A program made the translations under genes and the position numbers. Below are positions 35,300 through 48,237 of a DNA stretch of 64,000 nt, one piece after another (within the stretch, counting starts at the first letter, position 1; each line of letters begins with the position of its first letter). Origin of the DNA: Styela clava (lineage: Eukaryota); contig NC_135263.1 of assembly GCF_964204865.1 (NCBI RefSeq), positions 18,228,001 to 18,292,000 of the forward strand, written 5' to 3'. The notes under the pieces were generated by a model, which was not told the origin of the DNA, did no database searches, and saw only the letters and a list, made by a program, of their open reading frames with translations.

Positions 35300-35469
35300 A
35301 TTCAGTGTGTCTTTTGGAAACTGGTTTCAAAACTGGTTTTAAAAATCTTAACTAATTATTTGCTGTGTAATTGAAATTGTTCAAAAACGCAAGGTCAAAC
35401 AATAAACCTGCAATCTATTTAAGGTTAAAAATCACTATTGCCAGTACAATGCCAGATTGCTGTATTGTA

Positions 35470-35945
35470 CATAAGTATAAGTTTATTTCGATTCCATAAT
35501 CAGCATAACAATAAAATGATTGGTAAAAATGTAAAATAAAAACTGATTACAAAATCAGGAGAGCAAACAAAACCTTAGATAAGGTTCAAAACGTACACAA
35601 TGTATATAAGATGGAGGGTTTTGCCAAGAAGAAGCGGTACGTGTTCACTCACCTAAAATAATTGAAATATTTCACGCACGCTCCCACACACACAACCATA
35701 CAGAAGTTATAAAGTAAGAAGACAAGATAAATTACATACTGCAGTACTGGTAGTCAAAAAAATAATAATATATAAAAATTACCTGCCACACCATATTAAT
35801 AAATTCATAATGTTGGCCACTGCCGAATTGATAGATTTTATAAATGGGAGTGAACAGTAAAGATAAACTTTTCTGAAAAATATATTGCCAAGCTGATCAG
35901 AGTCAATTGCCAAAAATTCCCAACCAAAGTTGTCAGAATTGCAAG
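35470..35945. repeat. Interspersed repeat (probable retroelement 3' end); second copy at 39945-40425
   Basis: Colinear shared blocks: AAAACCTTA, GGTTTTGCCAA, CACACACAC, TGCCACACCAT, GCCAAGCTGAT, GTCAATTGCCAAA. Confidence 0.6.
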
Positions 35946-36126
35946 TGCAGTTTTAAGTATTCTGTGGCGTCTGCAGCTGCCGCAAAACCATAGCGGTATT
36001 TCCATACCGTGGCTGCCATGGGGGGAGCTGACTTGGATGACCGTATGGTCGTATCGCTCCCTCCAGTCTTTACCATAAACAGTGTTTATTTATTTGTATT
36101 TATGCTTTCATATTTATATTTGTTTT

Positions 36127-36313
36127 GGTTCCATTACATTTGAACCCATGACAATTGCACCTGTATGCTATTGCACCTATGGAATTTTTTTTGTTTCACG
36201 GATAGTTAAACCCATACTAACCCTAACCCATGGGTTTTAGCACCCGCATATAGATTGAACCCGTGGATATACGCATGGGTTCAAATGTACATGGGTTCAA
36301 ATGTACGGTCACC
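36127..36313 (+). mobile_element. 187-bp non-autonomous derivative of the MULE at 487-4946
   Basis: Left end GGTTCCATTACATTTGAACCC, right end GGGTTCAAATGTACGGTCACC; 9-bp TSD ATTTGTTTT at 36118-36126 and 36314-36322. Confidence 0.92.
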
Positions 36314-38207
36314 ATTTGTTTTAGTTGACGAATCAATAAATCTCTCAATCTCTCTCTGCTACGGCCAAACCTATGGCGACCAATGATGGCAACCATTGAG
36401 GTTATATACACCTCAATGATGGCGACTGACTTTTTAGCTGCCACGAACCAATGACGAGCTGCCATTACCGCGGCAGCAAATTAAAACCAATGGCAGGTAA
36501 ACTTTTGCTGCCGTAACCACGACAGGCGGACCGTGAAGCCAGGGCTGTCCCATATCCCAGATAGCACAACTACGTTGGGCCAACGTTATAATCCGCCGGC
36601 AACCGTTGTACGCGGTTTTACAACCATTTACCATGGTAAGGCCATGATTGGCATTCAACGAAACACGCTATTACGCGATGAAATGGGCGCGCGATTCGAA
36701 TATAGCACATGAGGTCGCCATTCATTTTGGCGGTACTGTATTTCGTAATCGATATCCTGTTGCGAGGTTTTTGCCGTGGATGGGACAGTGAAATTGAACT
36801 TTTAATGCTGTCATAGTATGAATGGCGAAAGTAGAGATAGTTGTAACGTGTAAGTTAATCTCATGGTACCGGTACAGTACCCTAAGTGCGTTGTCAGATC
36901 ACGGTTCATAAGGGTGATACGGTACCGGTACCATACCGGTAAAAGTTACATAGTTATCCCTGGACACCGTAGGTACCGGTAACGACAGAACGAGATGAGG
37001 TACCGGTACGGTAGGTACCGTACTTGGTCTTTTGGCATTTTTTGTTAAACTTTCTGAGGTTGCCATCTCTTATTTACCAGTATTCGTTATCGAGTACCGG
37101 TAGTCTACCGGTAGGCTATTGGTCCTTCATCCCTAGATATGATTTTTTATATTTACTTTATTTGTCTAAGTGCAAACATTTCCGCAGCCCAATTTAATCC
37201 AGTAATCTGAATAGTTGCACATTTGTGAACCTTCTGTCTGATGATTTCAACAAATCTAAATACAGATCTCAATTGGCTGAAATTTAAAATATGTTTTAAC
37301 AATTGCCACAATCAAACTGAAACTAAAATTTGATGTTTTTTGGGTGAAGAATAGCTCAAGGATTATTGTTTTCCCTTTTTGTTTTTATAACACTTTAAAT
37401 AAAATTTTTTTTTTAAAGTATAACTTTTTACGCCACACATGCGAGATGCGACATGGCCCGCCAGTCTAGGTGCGCAAAATTTTTGCGCGCGGTCCGAGAA
37501 CTTTGCCCAACCCTGCTCTAGTTCATATTTTCAGCTTTGTTGAGAAATAAATTACTGATTTCTGAATAATATCTATTTTGTTTTAAAATTCAATAGAATT
37601 ATATTGGGTATATATTAATATGATTTATTTCCAGTATATAGGCCTATGCTATGTAAGCTTACCCAACCAACCTTAATTAAGTGTTATTATATTTTAAAGT
37701 GAATTGGAAAGTAGACCGCTAGCAAAAAAGATTCGGGCGACTGGGCGAAGCCCATCTCTGTACAATGACTGCCAAGTGTGCATGCAACTGTGCAATGCCC
37801 AGCGACTCTAAAAGCATGAAGTATTGTACGACACATCCTTTACAAATATTTGGACATATTTTGTGTAATATCCATTTTTTTCCGTTCATTCTAAATAATT
37901 ATTACCGATTAGATATTCTGTCAAGTGTCAATATTACCATTGTAAGTTTAATGATATATACCAATTTTATAATAGGCCCTATGACAATGGACTGGAAAAT
38001 TCACCTGCTTCAATTCCCTCTTTCACGCAATCATACACTGTGTCATTTCAAGCATCTCAATGTTTCAATGCGGACAATGCCCAAAACAGGTGTTTTTGTT
38101 TTATAGTTTGATAGTAGCTCCTTGCATATCTGTGCCATAAAATATTGCACAATACTGCTAGATATATCGGTTGAATAATTACCTAGTACAACATCATGTG
38201 GTTAATA

Positions 38208-38668
38208 CAGTATTTTCCGGCGAATAAGTCGCCTTTCTAGACCCAAATTTTTGGCCTGATTTTGGGGGGGGGTCGTCTTATTAGGCGAGTATGATCATTT
38301 TCATTTTTTTTGTCGCCTTATTATTGAATCCGGGAAATAAAATATCTTCGGCGATAGCATCCCCCACGTCCTCATCTGGTTAGTTTAAATAAATCGACAT
38401 TCTCGTGCTGCGAATCTGGAATTTCAATGCTGTGATTATCATATATGCATTATCATATATGGATTGAATATTACGCTACAAGAAAAAGTCATTGAAGGCT
38501 ATTTTAACCAATGCGCAAACGCGGCGACCGCTCGAAAGGCATTGCATGGTAATTTAAGATTCCCGACGCTGATGCGATTTTACTACCCCGACTTATTAAC
38601 CGGTTATATGCAAAAACCCATTTTTCAGGCTTAAAAACAGGCCTCGTCTTATTCGCCGGAAAATACGG
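38208..38668. mobile_element. Tc1/pogo MITE nested in the CACTA element
   Basis: TA|CAGTATTTTCCGGCGAATAAG ... CTTATTCGCCGGAAAATACGG|TA. Confidence 0.85.
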
Positions 38669-39721
38669 TAATTAATATTAATGAAAAATTTATATTCTGG
38701 TAATTAGTATAGGCCATTCGTTCACGTTTATCATCTGAAAGACAATCACGTACTATACATTGGGTAACACTAACTTGATTTTCAGAGATCAAGCCATGCT
38801 CCAATCCAGTCCATGGCAAAATTGTTGGGACAGGCGGTAGAAACTCTTATGCTACAAGCTACGGCATCTGCAACTTTCCACTGATTATAGTGTGGACTCG
38901 GACATTTGTCTGATTACATTTTGATCCAGAATACATTCAAGGATGAAAAAATGGCTCGTAAGTTAAATATTTTTATAGGCTGATTACGGACACTTTATGG
39001 CGGTGGTTCCCAAACTTTTTTTTCCGCGACCCCAATTTTTGTAAAATCACAGACTACAGATACTTGCGACCCTACAACGAGAAAACATTAAAAATCAATT
39101 TATTCTATTCTGAATATTCTATTTAATCATTCTGATGAAAATCGACTGTAAGTTTGCGGGGCGTTGGTGTAACATGGTTGTACTTAACTGTTTAGTTCAG
39201 TGGTTCCCAACCTTTTTACCCCAGCGGCCAGCGGGCAAGCAAAATTAATTTAAAAGAGTTCGCTGACCGGTAACACATGCCATCGTATGAAGACCACGAT
39301 GTAAAAATCTCTGAGATTCAGAATATTTGTTTAGTTTTAGTACAATGTTAAAATATTGCAGATTACTCCATAATTAATTCGAAAGCTAAACAGAACATGA
39401 AAGTAAAATAGGTGAAAATACCTTTGGTGGGTCTCATCTTATTGAGTGCCTTTTATTTTTTGTCGTTTTGTTTTTCGCTTCGAAATTATGTATGAAATAC
39501 AATATGCCCCATATTTTCGCTTTGAAGATTATTTAAATGTCTAAATACGATCCGATTGCAATATTAAAATTGTTCACTTTTATACGAATGCAATGTGGAC
39601 AAAACACATATGTGTATATTTTAGAGTAGATACTCGCGATAATTAACATAGAGCTTTTGCAACGGATGGAAACCTTTTCATTAAATGTATTCTCATAATT
39701 GTGCTTATTTACTCATTCCAG

Positions 39722-39880
39722 ATAGGATATTTGTCAAGTCTCGGAGGTTGCTCCAAGAAAGACTGGATTGGAGAATCATGAGCTCAGTTATAACAAATTT
39801 ACTCGCCCGCTCTTTCAACTGTGCAGGACGCGGTGGATAAGAAGGAGTGAGTGGGACGCCCTTAGTTTCTGCTATTAAAG
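39722..39880 (+). pseudogene. Decayed exon of a CACTA accessory (DUF4806/BEN-like) protein
   Basis: Bounded by AG..GT. Translates IGYLSSLGGCSKKD/WRIMSSVITNLLARSFNCAGRGG*..LVSAIK with one frameshift and one stop. Resembles the L..IGG....VRRIM..L.TN.LA..FNW.GR.GK pattern (recognised from memory). Confidence 0.65.
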
Positions 39881-41639
39881 GTATGTAATATGTTTATCAT
39901 ATTGTACCACCATCTTTCTCTGCTCTGCTACCCTCTTCTATTTTATAAGTACAAGATTATTTTGACTCCAAATCAGCTTAAGATAATTCATAAGGGAAAT
40001 GAACAAAAATTGATTAAATAGAATCTGACAATCTGGAGTGAAAACAAAACCTTAATTGAGATTAAAGCGTAAAGAATATAAGGTTTTGCCAAAAAGATGC
40101 CTATCGTGTTCATGAATTAAATTAAGTTACACACACACAACAACAACAACAGAGATATAATAAAATAAAAACAGGCGAGAAAATTTAGATAAGTTGGGTA
40201 GTAAACAAAATGTACTTGCCAGTTGCCACACCATTCATTTTTATCATTATGATTGTCAAATTGAATAATGATTTTGTAAACAACTGTGAACAGTAAAGAA
40301 ATTGAATGTAGATTTTGTATACAAAAGTGAACAGTATAGAAAAATATTTATTAAGGAGATATCGCCAAGCTGATTATGGTTAGTCAATTGCCAAATTGCC
40401 AATCCAATGTTGCCAGAGTTTGGTGCATAATGGGGAACAGTGGTTTTCGAACTTATTTGTATCATCGCTCCCTTACGGTACTTTTTACATTATCATCCCC
40501 CCCCCCCCCCCCTAGCACAACAGCAAATGATGAAGTTACAATTAAATTTATTGTAAATCAATTAAACAAATAGACTAATCATGGTGCATGATGTTTCTAA
40601 TAAGATAGATGAATTTCAACAAGGAATATTCCAAGACATTTTAGTCAGATAAAATCTCAAATCATCATTATTCCCTCCAACAAATATTCCCCTCAAAACA
40701 TTGTCTACGCCCCCCTTGCGGAATCAAGAATTTCTGTATTTCTTAATTATTATCGTCTTGTCAATGTAAGCTTCACTCACACATTTGCGACTGCAGAATC
40801 TTGGCTTAAGATTCCTACTCTGAAAATTTGTTGGGATGCAGTCATTCAGACTAGGCTTTGAACTCTGGTGCTGTAATTTGCTAATACTGCAATTTAACAC
40901 AGAATTTTTATATTTTTCAGCTCTGGATGATCTGGCAACGAATTCTGATTAATTTTATTACATGTATACATATTTGTAAAATAAAGACATTTTGTTATCT
41001 TTTGTATTTTATTATATAAATAATGTTAGATTAGTGGGAAATTTCTATGTAGTATAGATCCATACCCTGTCTGTACAACACATCGCCTAACTTGGCCCGA
41101 CCATATACTACGATTGTATTACAACGTGTCGCCTACGTAGGCCCGGCCATATGTCACAATTGTGTTACAACGTATCGCCCACATTGGACCGGCCATATTT
41201 CATGATTGTGTTACAACGTATCGCCTACGTTGGCCCGACCGTTTGCCACGGTTGCATTACAGCGAAAGGACCGACGTTGGCCCAGCGGCCAAATCTTCGC
41301 TGGAACATGGTTGTTCGCCATTATTGGGCCGGTGGTTCGAACAACGTTCGGCCATGGTTGTTCCGACGTAGTTGTGCTATCTGGGATGGTGATAAATATT
41401 GGGTAAGTTGGAACGTTTTTCTCATGGATAAAGCTTTGATACAAACAAATAACTAACTAATCCCATACCCGACATGGAATGGTAATGTAACCGGACGAGG
41501 GGCCATGGTTCGCCATATGATTAAGCTGTCTTATCGACTTTCCTCTCCCTCGTGATCAATATGTAAATTCTTATCCTCTTATCCCTTTTTTTAAGACAGA
41601 GAAAATCCACGCTTTCATATTGGGTTTTTCCCATTCGCC

Positions 41640-42695
41640 ATCTATGTTTCATAGTCGATACATCATCCTCTTATGAAAATGATGTACAAATAACATACTT
41701 TCAATAATTTTCAGAGTATGGTATTGCATATAAACTTACATCATGATTGACCCATATAAAAGATCATCCATGTGCTCATATAACAATAATTCATTTCTTT
41801 CGGTTGCTTTTAGTAAATTTAAAATCCCTAACAGGCTACACTTGAAAATTGAACGCATACTCCTTTAATTTTATCTATCATCATATTCCAAATTGTTGAT
41901 TTTACGCATATTATTGTGATTAATTTTGATTTGCATCCCGAATCGTTTGCTATAATGGTATTTTGATTAATATCTATGCAACACCATTGCCAAAAATCAA
42001 TAGACCAGTCACATTCTAAAAATAATGACACACAGTTTCTTCAACATTATTTTCGCATAAGACACACATTCCTGGTTCATCAATGAACCAGTGTTTTATT
42101 TTGTCTCCAGTGGGCAACCCATTATGAATTAACTTCCAACATAACTCTTTATATTTGTTTCCAATATTTGTTTTCCATATTTTATTCCAATTAATCGCCT
42201 TAGTTTTAGATGAAATTTATTAAAGATGTATTCCTTATGGTTTTTCAAAAATGTATCATTTTTCTTACTTTGTAAAATCCTGTAAATTTGATTAGTGGTT
42301 AAGTCTTTCGACCCATTGTACCTATCAATTAATATTCTTGTTTGACCAAATTCCCTATTCCTTGATAAAATCTCTCTCCATTCTGTTGGAAGTGCTTCCC
42401 ATATTTGCCGTAATTCATTTTCGCACTTATTTATCAAGCAGTTTTTTCTTGAAGTACTTATTGCAGAGATTTCTAGTTGGGGGTACACTCTTTTGGAAAT
42501 ATCATATATTGTTTTGCCAAAGATATCACTAACAGTAATTATTTTTGCCTGAATCCAATTTGATTTAGCAGTTATTTCAATGTTATTTCTATCTAATATT
42601 AGAGGATATTGTGCCAAATTACTTCCTGTGATATTTCTGCTATATTTTGTGTTCCTCCTATTCTTATGTTCAAAACTAATTCTTATACAAGCAGT
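41640..42695 (-). mobile_element. Decayed L1/Tx1-type LINE 3' fragment
   Basis: HNGLPTGDKIKHW....CVLCENNVEETV..LFLEC..FW (zf-RVT-like), with frameshifts. ORF 42129-42617 is part of it. Confidence 0.7.
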
Positions 42696-42710
42696 GTGGT
42701 CGCGGTGTAT

Positions 42711-43199
42711 GGATCTTTCTCCGACCTTTGACCCCCTTTACCATTGCAAATTTTCGGGGCTCATTTTAAAAAGAGGTTTCGCGAGTTGGTGCCTGTAAAA
42801 TGGAATATTTCGTATTTGTTTCAAACCATCATTATGATTCATTGCATACAACAATCTGTTTTTTAAAAGTACGGTAAAGAATTTTTGCCTAGTCTATCAC
42901 AGCTATTTCTGCACTAATTTTTTATTACTGCAATTACATGAAAACTCCTAAGAAGACAGATTGATCATTGAATTACCTGATTTATATTTAAATTTCCGAA
43001 ACACAACTGAAAACTAACGAATAGAGTTCAAAAACGCGAAAACGAGGTAATGTTTACGACCACGCCTGAAAATCTGTCTGAGTGGGAAAAGTGTCTGAGC
43101 GGATGCGAAAAAGGAACATTGTTACGCCGCATTTTGCATCTTGCTGATTGGTCAATGTCACGAAGTAAACAAGGAAGTCGATGCTTGGGGGAAAGGTCC
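42711..43199 (-). mobile_element. Inverted copy of the 5637-6135 MITE
   Basis: High end-to-end reverse-complement similarity; flanked by AT on both sides. Confidence 0.85.
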
Positions 43200-44233
43200 A
43201 TTACAACTGAAAGATATCTATCTTTCTGAAATTGCCAAATTTAGGTATCGCTTCGAAAATCATATGCTTCTCCCATCTCTTTTACTGAAGTTTCAACCAT
43301 CCATAGCCATGCCACAAGGAGTGTTACAGTAAAGACTTATTTCATCCCTCGATGCTCATTTTTATTAACAATAAATCAGAGGACATTCTAATTTGGGAAA
43401 AATTCCGTCTAATATTAAAGAAAACTCATTTGCAACATTCAGTGAGAGAATAAAAATTCATCTACTTGATGGCTATGGATAAATGAGAAAAAGACTAGGT
43501 TTATTTCCTTACGTATTCAAGTTATATTATAATTGTATTGCTGCTATGCCCATTTATAACATATGCTATATACTCTATAATAATAATTTCCCATTATTTT
43601 GTCACTAGTGCCCAATCAAAAATGTATTTGTTTTTGGTGTTCATCTTATTGAACACGTCAGTGTACATAATGATCGTTTCAATATTATGTTGTTGTTCTT
43701 GTTAGTATTCTTCTCTTTCGTCATGATGAAATCGCATTTCTTTTTGAATACTGTACCAATCGCTTTGAAATTTTCAGAAAATATTAAAAAAGGTACTTTG
43801 GGTGTCGTTGCTCGATAACCAGCTTTGGTTCCCCACGACTTCCCTTCTCCAGTAAAACTGTGTAGGCATACATTATCACTTTTACGTAATTTGTGCTTGT
43901 GATATATTTTTTTGAGTTTTTACGGGTTGGAAAAAATAAACTTGGCTTGCGTGTAATTTGTCAGTTTTCAGTTGTGTTTCTAAAAATTAGTTGTAAATGA
44001 AATTTGGCTAAAAATAGCTATAAGTAAGTGTGAACGGACGCGGTTGCATATTTTATTAAAAAAAATGGTTTTGAGCATGTAATTCGGCTTGTAAGTGTTA
44101 ACTCTGTCATCACGTGACTTTGTTACTGGACGGCAATAAATCAAAAACGTCCATTTGGCTCCAGTCAGTTGCAAGTCGGATTATACGTTTCCATTTTGTT
44201 TGGCTGTTGAAAATGGTTATTTCGTATTGTTCC

Positions 44234-45345
44234 GTTGGCTGTACGTATAGTATAGACAACGAAATGGATCTTCAGTTATATTCCACTGATTTCAAAAGAT
44301 CCGGAACATCGCGCAGTGTGGATATCATCTATCGCCTATCGGCAGAACTACTTGGTGTCAAGTCCAGAAGCCATCTTACTTGTGTTTCACTGTTTGCGGA
44401 CAGCACTTCGTTGATGGTGAGTGATAATGTGGTGATAGTGTGCCGTTATCAATTTCTTTAAATATTCACAAGCTCCCTCATTTCAATGGAAAGCAGATGA
44501 CAAACTACTGTTTTTAGTAGGCCTTGGCGTGCGCCTACTTGCAGTTGCAGACTTGACTTGTGTAAGACAGTAAGGAATTAATAATCAATTGCTATAAGGT
44601 ATTGTTTCCCTAATTAGCAGGTAATCTATTAGTAAGTGTGAAAGGTTGAATGGATAACTAAAGTTTAACACCAGTGGTCATGCAAAAAATAACCAAATTC
44701 AATTGAATTCGCCATCTAGGAATACGCTCGCCACCGCATCTCTGATCGCCCTGGTAGTTTCACAGGTTTCAATCTCTACTTCCAACGAGGGTTGGCTGTA
44801 CATATAGTATAGACAACGAAATGGATCTTCAGTTATATTCCACTGATTTCAAAAGATCCGGAACATCGCGCAATGTGGATATCATCTATCGCCTATCGGC
44901 AGAACTACTTGGTGTCAAGTCCAGAAGCCATCTTACTAGTGTTTCACTGTTTGCGGACAGCACTTCGTTGATGGTGAGTGATAATGTGGTGATAGTGTGC
45001 CGTTATCAATTTCTTTAAATATTCACAAGCTCCCTCATTTCAATGGAAAGCAGATGACAAACTACTGTTATTAGTAGGCATTGGCGTGGGCCTACTTGCG
45101 GTTGCAGACTTGACTTGTGTAAGACAGTAAGGAATTAATAATCAATTGCTATAAGGTATTGTTTCCCTAATTAGCAGGTAATCTATTAGTAAGTGTGAAA
45201 GGTTGAATAGATAACTAAAGTTTAACGCCAGTGCTCATGCAAAAAATAACCAGAATTCAATTGCATTCGCCATCTAGGAATACGCTTGCCACCGCATCCC
45301 TGATCACCCTGGTCGTTTCACAGGTTTCAATCTCTACTCCCAATG
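44234..45345 (+). repeat. ~556-bp tandem duplication within the left arm
   Basis: 44234-44789 is repeated nearly identically at 44790-45345. Confidence 0.92.
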
Positions 45346-45604
45346 AGGGTGTTTCACATGACCGCTGATCGGTTATGACCATTCCCCACCATCCAAGTCC
45401 ATGCTTCTGAAAACAAATAACTGCCACCCCCCCCAAAATGCTTTTTATTGTGATTGGTAAAAAAGATATGCTACCCGGAATCAAATTTCACACTCCTTGA
45501 TCGTTAGATTTTAAGAAAACTCTTATCTGTATCCATTATCTTACAGATATGGGTGCGACCATGGAATAGATGGATGGCAAAGTATAAGTTGCAAAAAGAC
45601 CACA

Positions 45605-45895
45605 GTGGCACAAGACCTCAGCTTGCGTGACTTCATAATACATCCTCAGTATCCATTTATTGATGCTTATCGTAATGACAAAGTAACTTGTGATTACTGT
45701 GGATTGGTGGAGATAATGTGTCCATTGTGCTTTAACGAAAGCAACATCAAGACGATCCTATCAAGAAAAAAAAAATTGTTTCGGTGGGTCTGGTAGTGAA
45801 GGTTTCAGTCTAACGTTGGATACCGATACTACAGCCAGATACAGTTGCCAATGGAACTTAGCGAGGCGTAATATTGCGACTTTGTGATCTGAAAG
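45605..45895 (+). pseudogene. YqaJ-like (lambda-type) exonuclease remnant
   Basis: FIIHPQYPFIDAYRNDKVTCDYCGLVEIMCP (cf. GASPDG..EIKCP) and YYSQIQLPMELSEA*YCDFVI (cf. YYYQVQ.Q....YCDFVVW). Confidence 0.78.
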
Positions 45896-46189
45896 GAAAT
45901 TTTGATGTGTAGCCGGCTGGCCGTAACATTTTGTTTAAAGAATATTATGAGATATGACTTAAGAGTCTAAACTTTCATTCGAGAGGGGTGTAACCCAAGC
46001 TATTTTGCAAATGGTATTCATGGTACCAAATGTATCACACACTTTACAGTAATTATAAATTATATTTGAAAAATAAAGCACATTAGAAATGTATTTTTAA
46101 AAAACAATTGGTTTTATCTGCAGATACTAGGTTGATATTGAGCTAACTTTTCTTTAGTCAAAAGGCACACTTGATTCGCAAAGATTTGT

Positions 46190-46545
46190 GAATGCGCACA
46201 GTACACCAATTTGTCTAATGTTTTGATTCAATAGGCAGGAGGTTGTGAATCGGTGCTGCTCAGGACGGGATATTTTTGCCACTAAATGCATATTACGTGT
46301 TTCACATGAATCCATCGTGCTCAAATTCGACTGTTTTCAAGGTCTGAAGGCTCCAACAGCCTTGTTTTATGGGTACACAAGAGAATTTTCAGTGTGGCAT
46401 GCATGGGTCAGTTGGAGTCACTAACCTCAAGATATCTATAAGCAAGGATAAGATAACCTGGAAGTATCATTTCATAATTTAGAGCAAAAAATGTATCTGC
46501 CTCCACAGCCCTTTCAAATGGAAGATATGATGCCTCGGGGGTAAT
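46190..46545 (-). pseudogene. DDE_Tnp_4 (Harbinger/ISL2EU) transposase remnant
   Basis: PRGIISSI*KGCGGR, ILPGYLILAYRY and ENSRI*ARWIHVKHVICI*WQKYPVL match P.G.ISFIS..WGGR.SD, LLPGD.VLADRGF and RIHVERVIG..KQKY.IL. Confidence 0.78.
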
Positions 46546-46914
46546 TTTTATCAAATATTTTACAGTATTATGGTTCTAGTGAAAAGGGGTGTAGGCGGCT
46601 TTTTTAAAGTGTGGTAGGTCTAGTCGAAAGACACATTAAATGTTTATGCTAACAACTGCAAACTAATATTGCAACGCATACAAGTTAACAGAATTTGTTG
46701 AAATGGTCCTGCCTTTTGCCTTTCTTTAAAATCCCCCTTTTTCTAACTATTCTCTTCCTCTCTGGGGATAGCGAAAATTCAAATATCGATGGGACATATG
46801 GGCAGCTGATAATGGGTTATCTTCCCTTTTTCCTGAAAATAAATTAAACACTAATCATCATTTGACAGTGCCAAGTTTGTGTATCAGATCAGTAATAAAT
46901 TACCTGCTAACTAA

Positions 46915-47313
46915 CAAAACGAGAATATCGGTTGGAAACCGAAGACTTATCGATCGATAGTTAGGGGATCCCCCAAAACAGAAACTGCAGTTTCGATTCA
47001 TCCGCTCTTGTAACTTGCGCACTGCGCATCGCACACACACACTCGGCGGGTTTCAAAATTCTCTCGCTTTACAAAAATCTAGATCACTATATCAATAATT
47101 GATTGATAACTCGCTAATTATACGACATAATTCGCCCAAAATCAATAGGCCTCTGGTCCGAGATAAGATGAATGCACATGCAAAATCTGGAGCAGATTCA
47201 ATCTCGCTTTCGTGAGATATCGCGTGCATCTAACAGACACACACACAGACACACAGACAGACATACAGACAAATACCTATCAATATACTTACCGATCTTA
47301 AGATCGATAAGTA
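46915..47313 (+). mobile_element. Helentron-associated non-autonomous element (HINE/DINE-like)
   Basis: 5' ACTTATCGATC sub-terminal repeat, (ACAG/ACAC)n microsatellite at 47232-47270, 3' hairpin ACTTACCGATCTTAAGATCGATAAGT. Confidence 0.72.
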
Positions 47314-48237
47314 ACAATCAGACAACACCTTCTGACCATTAATGAAGATTTCTTTTAATTTAAAGCGCAACTATGCATACCAATGTGGGTAGTTATTAGG
47401 ATGGAATTTATCTGTGGTTGGGGACAGATTGCAAGGTGCAACATCGTACGATTACCATTCTATGTCGGGATTAGTTAACCAGTTATTTGTTTTAGAAGCA
47501 TGGACTTGATGGTGGGGGATGTCGTAATCGACCAGCGGTCGTGTGAACCACCCTCAGTGGAAGGAGAGCTGCAATCCCCTTCCACATAACTATCCCCGCA
47601 TGGGATTTGAAACTCCCAGAGGGATCAGAGATGCGGTGGCGAGCGTATTCTTAGATGGAGAATTCATTTGAATTCTGGTTATTTTTTGCATAACCACAGG
47701 CGTTAAACTTTAGTTATCTATTCAACTTTTCACACTTACTAATAGATTACCTGCTAACTAGGGAAAAATACCTTTTGGCAATTATTGATTAATACCTTAC
47801 ACGAGTCAAATCTGCACGTAGGCCTACTAATAACAGTAGTTTGTCGTCTGCTTTCCATTGAAATGAGGAAGCTTATGAATATTTAAAAAAATTAATACCG
47901 GCACATTATGACTCACCATCAACGAAGTGCTGTCCGCAAACAGTGAAACACAAGTGAGATGGCTTCTGGACTTGACACCAAGCAGTCCTGCCAATAGATG
48001 ATATCCACATTGCGCGACGTTCCGGATCTTTTGAAAACAGTGGAATATACCTGAAAATCCATTTCGTTGTCTATACTATACGTACAGCCAGCGGAACAAT
48101 ACGAAATAGGCATTTTCAACAGCCAAACAAAACGGAAACGTATAATCCGACTTTCAACTGACAGGAGCCAAATGGACGTTTTCATTTAATTGCCGTCTAG
48201 TAAACAAGGTCACGTGACCCGTGCAAGTCCTCTATAG

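Larger units (their letters stand above)
36556..41385 (+). mobile_element. Non-autonomous CACTA/EnSpm (CCCAG-type) element, 4.8 kb
   Basis: TIR CCCAGATAGCACAACTACGT(T/C)GG at both ends; 2-bp AT TSD; subterminal tandem repeats ACAACGTATCGCCTACGTTGGCCCGACC at 41075-41245; internal decayed exons. Confidence 0.88.
44110..48234. mobile_element. Decayed ISL2EU-type (PIF/Harbinger superfamily) transposon with long THAP-coding inverted arms
   Basis: Arms 44110-45420 and 47455-48234 are inverted. Each encodes a broken THAP exon (M..SYCSVGC..SKDPEHRAVWISSI..VCGQHFVDG|gtgagt). Convergent YqaJ-like and DDE_Tnp_4 remnants lie between them. Right terminus ..GGTCACGTGACCCGTGCAAGTCCTCT|AT. Confidence 0.8.
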
